DNA from: Marinobacterium sedimentorum
GTDB taxonomy: Bacteria > Pseudomonadota > Gammaproteobacteria > Pseudomonadales > Balneatricaceae
DNA length: 40,000 nucleotides
Direction of reading: 5' to 3'
Assembly (NCBI RefSeq): GCF_024267675.1
Contig: NZ_JALDYX010000007.1
Span: 142,555-182,554 of the forward strand
Shown here one piece after another: positions 35,118-40,000 of this stretch. A program made the position numbers and the translations under genes. Under the pieces are notes generated by a model. It had not been told where the DNA came from. It was given only the letters and a program-made list of their open reading frames with translations, and ran no database searches. How positions within the stretch are numbered: position 1 is the stretch's first letter; every line of letters starts with the position of its first letter.

Positions 35118-36011
35118 CTATCGAAACAGGTCTTCCTGTTGCGGGCGCACCAGGTCCCGCGCCGAGCTGTTGTCCGGCGTCCAGTCAATACCGCGGAACA
35201 GAATCGCCGGGGTCTTGCCGTCCTTGCTCATCAAGAGGCCCGAGGCCGCCGCCAGCTCATCGGCCAGGGCTGGTACCGTGACCGAAAGCTCGCGGCCGAA
35301 GGCATCACGCTCGCCCACCAGATCGATCTGGCTTGGCACCTTGGCAAGGCCCACCGCCACATTCACCAGCCCCATGCGCCAGGGCCGGCCGAAGGTATCG
35401 GTAATCACCACGCCCAGGCGCACACCGCTGGCACGTTCCAGCAGCGCGCAGATTTCCCGTGCGCTGCGATCCGGATCTTCCGGCAGCAGGATCACGGTTT
35501 CCTCGGCGCCGACATTGGATTCATCCACCGCGGCATTGGCGCAGATAAAGCCCAGCCGGTGCTCGGCAATCAGGGTGCCCTCGACCTGGCCGGGTCTTTT
35601 GATGGCCCGCACCACGCGGCTGGATTCCCCCAGAATCACCTCCACCTTGCGCGGGTCCTTGTTCAGTTCCTCGCCGAGCTGGCGCGCCTTCTCGCCCGGT
35701 ACCACATCGGCCAGGCGCCTGATCCGGCCTTCGGCCTTGGACACCACCTTGTGGGCAATCACCAGGATGTCGCCGTCCTGCAGACTGAGGGCCGCCCGCT
35801 CTATGGATTCGAGCAGCAGCGCGCCCAGATCATCCCCCGGCGCTATATCCGGAATACCCGGCAGCACCTGCATGGCAATGCGGGGACTCGCCGCGGTGCG
35901 CGCCGCCCTGGCGGCACGGTTCAGGATGGAGGGGTTGAGGATGGCGGGGTCGGTCGGGGCACCGCCGAACGCCATACTCTGTACTGCGCTGTTCTGTGTT
36001 ACAGATTCCAT
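35118..36011 (-). CDS. cofE: Coenzyme F420-0:L-glutamate ligase
   Basis: PGDDLGALL, ILVIAHKVVSKAEGR, GFICANAAVDESNVG, GRPWRMGLVNVAVG, and a C-terminal DLFR. The start is uncertain: the ATG at 36011 overlaps the cofC end and gives a 46-aa N-terminal extension, and the alternative is the ATG at 35873. Confidence 0.85.
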   Translation of the reverse strand: MESVTQNSAVQSMAFGGAPTDPAILNPSILNRAARAARTAASPRIAMQVLPGIPDIAPGDDLGALLLESIERAALSLQDGDILVIAHKVVSKAEGRIRRLADVVPGEKARQLGEELNKDPRKVEVILGESSRVVRAIKRPGQVEGTLIAEHRLGFICANAAVDESNVGAEETVILLPEDPDRSAREICALLERASGVRLGVVITDTFGRPWRMGLVNVAVGLAKVPSQIDLVGERDAFGRELSVTVPALADELAAASGLLMSKDGKTPAILFRGIDWTPDNSSARDLVRPQQEDLFR

Positions 36012-36640
36012 AGGGTCACCAGTTCCCGCGGCAGATCGCCGCTGTGTGGATGCATCAGGCTGTGAAGGTCTTCCGGGGTATCCAGATCGAAACGCATGTG
36101 GTCAAAGTGCAGCAGCTCACAGGGCAGCGACCGCTTGAGCGCCGCCGCCTGGTGCGCTTCGCTGGAGCGCGGGCCAAAGCAAAAGGGCAGGATATCCGGC
36201 GGCGTGGTCAGCAGTGCATTGGTACCGGCATCGCTCGCCGGGCAGATCAGCACCGAGGGCGCCGGTCTTGGCCGGCACAGCAGGCTGCGAAACTCGTCGG
36301 CATCAAGCCGTGCTATATCCGCCGGTACCAGCAGCTGGGAATCAAAACCCTGCTTTTTGCTCCAGTGCGCCGCCAGTGCCGCCGCCCCCGACAGCCCCGC
36401 CGGGCGCAGCTCGCGCAGCACCGCAGCACCATAGCCGCGGGCCAGTTCGCCGATGGCGGCAGAAGCCGTGACCACCAGCAACGGATAATCCGGAAAGTGG
36501 GTGCCAAAAAAGCTCAGGGTGCGTTCGCACAGGCGCCGGGCCAGCTGGCTGCGGTCTGTATCGCCGAGCACCGGGCGCAGGCGCGACTTGGCACTGGCGA
36601 AATCCTTCACCGGGATTACGATCAGGGTTTTCAGGCTCAT
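35999..36640 (-). CDS. cofC: Phospho-acid guanylyltransferase of F420 biosynthesis (CofC/FbiD)
   Basis: IVIPVKDFASAKSRL N-terminal motif. About 210 aa. ATGA overlap with cofD. Its position between cofD and cofE fits the family. Confidence 0.8.
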   Translation of the reverse strand: MSLKTLIVIPVKDFASAKSRLRPVLGDTDRSQLARRLCERTLSFFGTHFPDYPLLVVTASAAIGELARGYGAAVLRELRPAGLSGAAALAAHWSKKQGFDSQLLVPADIARLDADEFRSLLCRPRPAPSVLICPASDAGTNALLTTPPDILPFCFGPRSSEAHQAAALKRSLPCELLHFDHMRFDLDTPEDLHSLMHPHSGDLPRELVTLWNL

Positions 36641-37617
36641 GCCAATACCCTGTCAGGCTGATTCAGTTGCGGCGCCAAGCCAGCCACGGCCAGCAGTTCC
36701 CGGGCCAGGCACGCCTTGTCGGCATCGCTGCTCATCAGTGTCTGGGTCACCAGCGTATTGAGCCCGCGGGCCTGCAGGGCCGCCACATCAGCGCTGTCAC
36801 TGACATCAATCACCAGGCTATCGATCAGGCCACGGTAACAGTCGGCCACGCCCAGATTGCTGCAGCTGTACCCCGCCGCCTTGAGCATGCGGTTCGCAGG
36901 CCCCTTCACCGTCTGGCCACCGATCAGTGGCGACACAGCGACCCGGGGGCACCTGGCCGCTTCAACCGCACTGCGAATACCCGGCAGCGCCAGAATCGGG
37001 CCTATGCTCACCAGTGGATTGCTGGGCGCAAGAATGAGCAGATCCGCCTCACGGATGGCCGCCAGCGCCTCTTCGGTGGGGCGCGCCTCCTCCAGCCCCT
37101 GAATTCGCAGCTCCAGCACCTCGGGGCGGCACTGTTCGCGCACAAAGTATTCCTGGAACGACAGCCAGCCACGGGCGGTTTTGACTTCGGTCTGCATGCG
37201 GTCATCACTGGGCAGCAGTATATTGGCCGTTACCCCGAGCGCACGGGCGATGGTCTGGGCAATGGCGCTCGGACGCACACCCTGGCGACGCAGCTCGGTG
37301 CGATAGATATGGGTGGCGAAGTCCTGATCCCCCAGGTACATCCAGTCATCCGCGCCCAGTCGTGCCAGGCCTTCCAGGGTACGGCTGGTTTCATTGGCCA
37401 GCCCCCAGCCCTTGCTGCGATCAATCAGCCCGGCCAGGCTGTAGGTAATGGTATCTATATCCGGCGAGACCCAGAGGCCGTGAAATTCCTGATCATCCGC
37501 CACGTTGCCGATGATCGAGAGCTGACCGGGCTGCAGTATCGCGGCAAGCCCAATGGCCAGCTTGGCGCCACCGCCACCGCCGGCCAGCAGGGTGATTTTC
37601 GGCGCCTGGGCACTCAT
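36637..37617 (-). CDS. cofD: 2-phospho-L-lactate (or analogue) transferase
   Basis: LAGGGGGAKLAIGL P-loop-like N-terminus, VSPDIDTITYSLAG, GDQDFATHIYRT. Length is 326 aa. Confidence 0.9.
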   Translation of the reverse strand: MSAQAPKITLLAGGGGGAKLAIGLAAILQPGQLSIIGNVADDQEFHGLWVSPDIDTITYSLAGLIDRSKGWGLANETSRTLEGLARLGADDWMYLGDQDFATHIYRTELRRQGVRPSAIAQTIARALGVTANILLPSDDRMQTEVKTARGWLSFQEYFVREQCRPEVLELRIQGLEEARPTEEALAAIREADLLILAPSNPLVSIGPILALPGIRSAVEAARCPRVAVSPLIGGQTVKGPANRMLKAAGYSCSNLGVADCYRGLIDSLVIDVSDSADVAALQARGLNTLVTQTLMSSDADKACLARELLAVAGLAPQLNQPDRVLA

Positions 37618-38855
37618 GCAATGCCTCCGGCCAGCAGCGACTGGGGCAGCGGTTCGAACGCAGCGTCAGACGCCGCTGTGCGGTCAAAAACCTCCAGCGG
37701 GCGATAAAGCGTATTGCGGCGCACCGGCTCACGCCCCATGGCGCGCATCATGCCAATCAGCTCCGCGGGCTGCATTTCCTGGCCATGCTCGCCACCGGCG
37801 GCCCGGGAGATGCTTTCGTTCATCAGGGTGCCACCCAGATCATTGACCCCGGCGGCCAGCATCTGCTGCGCAAGGTCAGTGCCGAGCTTGACCCAGGAGG
37901 CCTGGATATTGTCGATCCAGCCATTGAGCATCAGGCGCGCCACCGCATGCATGCGGATATGCTCGTGCCGCGTGGGGCCGGGGCGCACGCCCGCCACTTC
38001 CAGATAAAGCGGCGTCTTGTAATGGATAAAGCCCAGCGGCACGAACTCGGTAAAGCCGCCGGTTTTCTGCTGAATGGTGCGCAGCAGCGCCAGGTGCGCC
38101 GCCCAGTGCTCGGGCCCATCGATATGGCCGTACATGATGGTGGCGGTGGTCGGCAGGCCCAGGCGGTGGGCGGTCTGGATAATCTCGACCCACTGGTCGG
38201 TGGTGAGTTTGTCTTTCGTCAGTTGCTGGCGTATCTCGGTATCCAGAATCTCGGCGGCGGTGCCCGGCATCGAGCCCAGACCGTGATCCATCAGATCCTG
38301 AATGAAATCGGCGTAGGACATCTTGCTCTTGCGGGCGCCAAACCAGATTTCAAACGGCGAAAAGGCGTGTATGTGCATGCCCGGCAGCACACTCTTGATG
38401 GCCTTGAGCATGTCGCGATAGAAATGCACCGGCAGGTCCGGGTGCAGCCCACCCTGAATGCACACCTCGGTGGCGCCCCTGTCCCAGGCTTCCTGGGCAC
38501 GGCGCACGATTTCATCCAGATCGAAGAACTCGGCCTCGGGGTCATCCTTGCGCTTGGCAAAGTTGCAGAACTTGCAGCCCATGTAGCAGACATTGGTGTA
38601 ATTGATATTGCGGGTGATCACGAAGGTAGCGCGATCGCCAACGCGCTGCTGGCGCACGGCATCGGCGGTGGCGGTGAGCGCATCCAGCTCGGCGCCTTCG
38701 GTGCCAAAAAGCACCACGCCTTCGGCTTCGCTCAGCTCCTCACCATCCAGGGCCCGCTGCAGAATGGCACGAACCGCCGTGCTCACAGCCGGGTTGAAAA
38801 GCTCCTGCGGCACCCTCGGTGCCAGCGCAATCTTGTGGGGGACAGCGGCATTCAT
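37614..38855 (-). CDS. cofH: FO synthase subunit 2 (radical SAM)
   Basis: TFVITRNINYTNVCYMGCKFCNFA radical-SAM cluster motif, identical in style to the FbiC C-terminal half. The ATG at 38855 has a GGAG RBS. The alternative ATG at 38879 lies inside the cofG end. Confidence 0.9.
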   Translation of the reverse strand: MNAAVPHKIALAPRVPQELFNPAVSTAVRAILQRALDGEELSEAEGVVLFGTEGAELDALTATADAVRQQRVGDRATFVITRNINYTNVCYMGCKFCNFAKRKDDPEAEFFDLDEIVRRAQEAWDRGATEVCIQGGLHPDLPVHFYRDMLKAIKSVLPGMHIHAFSPFEIWFGARKSKMSYADFIQDLMDHGLGSMPGTAAEILDTEIRQQLTKDKLTTDQWVEIIQTAHRLGLPTTATIMYGHIDGPEHWAAHLALLRTIQQKTGGFTEFVPLGFIHYKTPLYLEVAGVRPGPTRHEHIRMHAVARLMLNGWIDNIQASWVKLGTDLAQQMLAAGVNDLGGTLMNESISRAAGGEHGQEMQPAELIGMMRAMGREPVRRNTLYRPLEVFDRTAASDAAFEPLPQSLLAGGIA

Positions 38856-38869
38856 GGCTTTTCTCCTGT

Positions 38870-40000
38870 TCAGTGACATTGCGCCAGCGCCAGACCGTCG
38901 CCACGGGCGATACCGGCCAGGCGGGCGGCGATGGGGGCGGCGAAGAAGCGATGCGGGTATTGCTGATAGTGCGGGTACACCGCCAGACGCTCCTGCAGGC
39001 CGTAACCGCAGTCGGCGGTGGCGCTGCGCAGGGATTCAATCTGCGGCCAGGCGCGTTCCGGATTGATGTGATCCAGGGTGAGCGGTGAAATGCCGCCCCA
39101 GTCATTGATGCCCGCGGCTATATAGGCGCCGAAGCGCTGCTGCAGATTGGGCGGCGCCTGCACGCTGATGCTCGGGTCCAGCAGCAGCCGGGTCAGCACC
39201 AGGGTGCGCACCATGTCGTCCAGATCCGGTTCCGGATGGTTCGCCATGGCGGTACCGGGCTTGGCGCGGAAGTTCTGTACTATGACTTCCTGAATATGGC
39301 CGTAGCGGCGGTGCAGATTATTGATGGTGATAAGGCTGTCGACCCGCTCGGCCCAGTTCTCGCCGATACCGATCAGAATGCCGGTGGTGAAGGGCACGCC
39401 CTGCTCGCCGGCCCGCTCCAGAGTACGGATACGCTGAACCGGCACCTTGTCGGGGCAGGCATAGTGGGCCTGACCGCGCTGAATCAGCCGCCGGCTGACG
39501 TTTTCCAACATCATGCCCATGCTGGCGCTGACCGGCTTGAGCTTGTGGATATCTTCGTCCGACAGGGTGCCGGCATTCACATGGGGCAGCAGGCTGGATT
39601 CGGCCAGCACGCGCTCACACATCTGCGCCAGGTAATCCACCATGCTGCTGTGCCCCAGCTGCGCCAGCGCTTCCCGAGCCTGTGGATAACGCAACTCCGG
39701 CTTCTCGCCAAGACTGAACAGCACTTCCTTGCACCCCAGCCGCTCGCCTTCGTGCACCACGGCCATGACTTCATCGGGCGTCATCACGCGGGCATTGGGG
39801 GAGCCGGGTTTCTGTACAAAGGTGCAGTAGCCGCAGTCGTCGCGGCACATGTTTGTAAGCGGTACGAAGACCTTGCGCGAGTAAGTCAGAGTCTTGCCCC
39901 AGTGCGTATCACGCACGGCGGCTGCCTGCAGACCTAAGGTCTTGAATTCTGCGTCGCTCGCCTGTTCCAGCGCCAGCGCCTGGGTGCGGGTCAGCATCAT
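38870..40000 (-). CDS. cofG: FO synthase subunit 1 (radical SAM); the start is at or just beyond the window edge
   Basis: TYSRKVFVPLTNMCRDDCGYCTF motif matches the CofG / FbiC N-terminal half. The ORF reaches the last base of the window (ATGATG at 39995-40000). Confidence 0.9.
   Translation of the reverse strand: MMLTRTQALALEQASDAEFKTLGLQAAAVRDTHWGKTLTYSRKVFVPLTNMCRDDCGYCTFVQKPGSPNARVMTPDEVMAVVHEGERLGCKEVLFSLGEKPELRYPQAREALAQLGHSSMVDYLAQMCERVLAESSLLPHVNAGTLSDEDIHKLKPVSASMGMMLENVSRRLIQRGQAHYACPDKVPVQRIRTLERAGEQGVPFTTGILIGIGENWAERVDSLITINNLHRRYGHIQEVIVQNFRAKPGTAMANHPEPDLDDMVRTLVLTRLLLDPSISVQAPPNLQQRFGAYIAAGINDWGGISPLTLDHINPERAWPQIESLRSATADCGYGLQERLAVYPHYQQYPHRFFAAPIAARLAGIARGDGLALAQCH

Overview
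This is a high-GC (about 60%) bacterial chromosomal segment. The housekeeping genes look gammaproteobacterial and there are Pseudomonas-style REP hairpins. I saw no rRNA, tRNA, CRISPR array, transposase, integrase or phage genes. Left to right: (1) a plus-strand beta-oxidation-like operon (5'-truncated ADP-forming acyl-CoA synthetase, FadB-like bifunctional enzyme, thiolase, hotdog thioesterase); (2) a MocA-like nucleotidyltransferase and aspA; (3) a tightly packed 13-gene minus-strand catabolic operon (19.46 kb down to 7.27 kb). It encodes a Rieske ferredoxin, a tiny recombinase-HTH-like protein, an alpha-only Rieske oxygenase, an SDR, an extradiol dioxygenase, a ferredoxin reductase, an MFS anion permease, a cupin, an alpha/beta hydrolase, an atypical SDR, an aspartate-dehydrogenase-like protein, an aldehyde dehydrogenase and a ThDP enzyme. 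An IclR regulator lies upstream of it; (4) an NCS1 permease - dihydropyrimidinase - DUF606 operon; (5) a small membrane protein, an intergenic region with a DnaA-box cluster, then a metazoan-like long tryptophan 2,3-dioxygenase and a divergent kynureninase-like gene; (6) pntAA-pntAB-pntB; (7) an M20 carbamoylase/beta-ureidopropionase; (8) a complete coenzyme F420 biosynthesis operon (cofG-cofH-cofD-cofC-cofE) followed by npdG and a luciferase-like oxidoreductase. The most interesting signals are the F420 module in a proteobacterial context, sitting next to a pyrimidine/hydantoin pathway that lacks its reductase, and the large Rieske operon with a non-canonical lower pathway. All functional calls rest on motifs and remembered family features, because no database search was possible.
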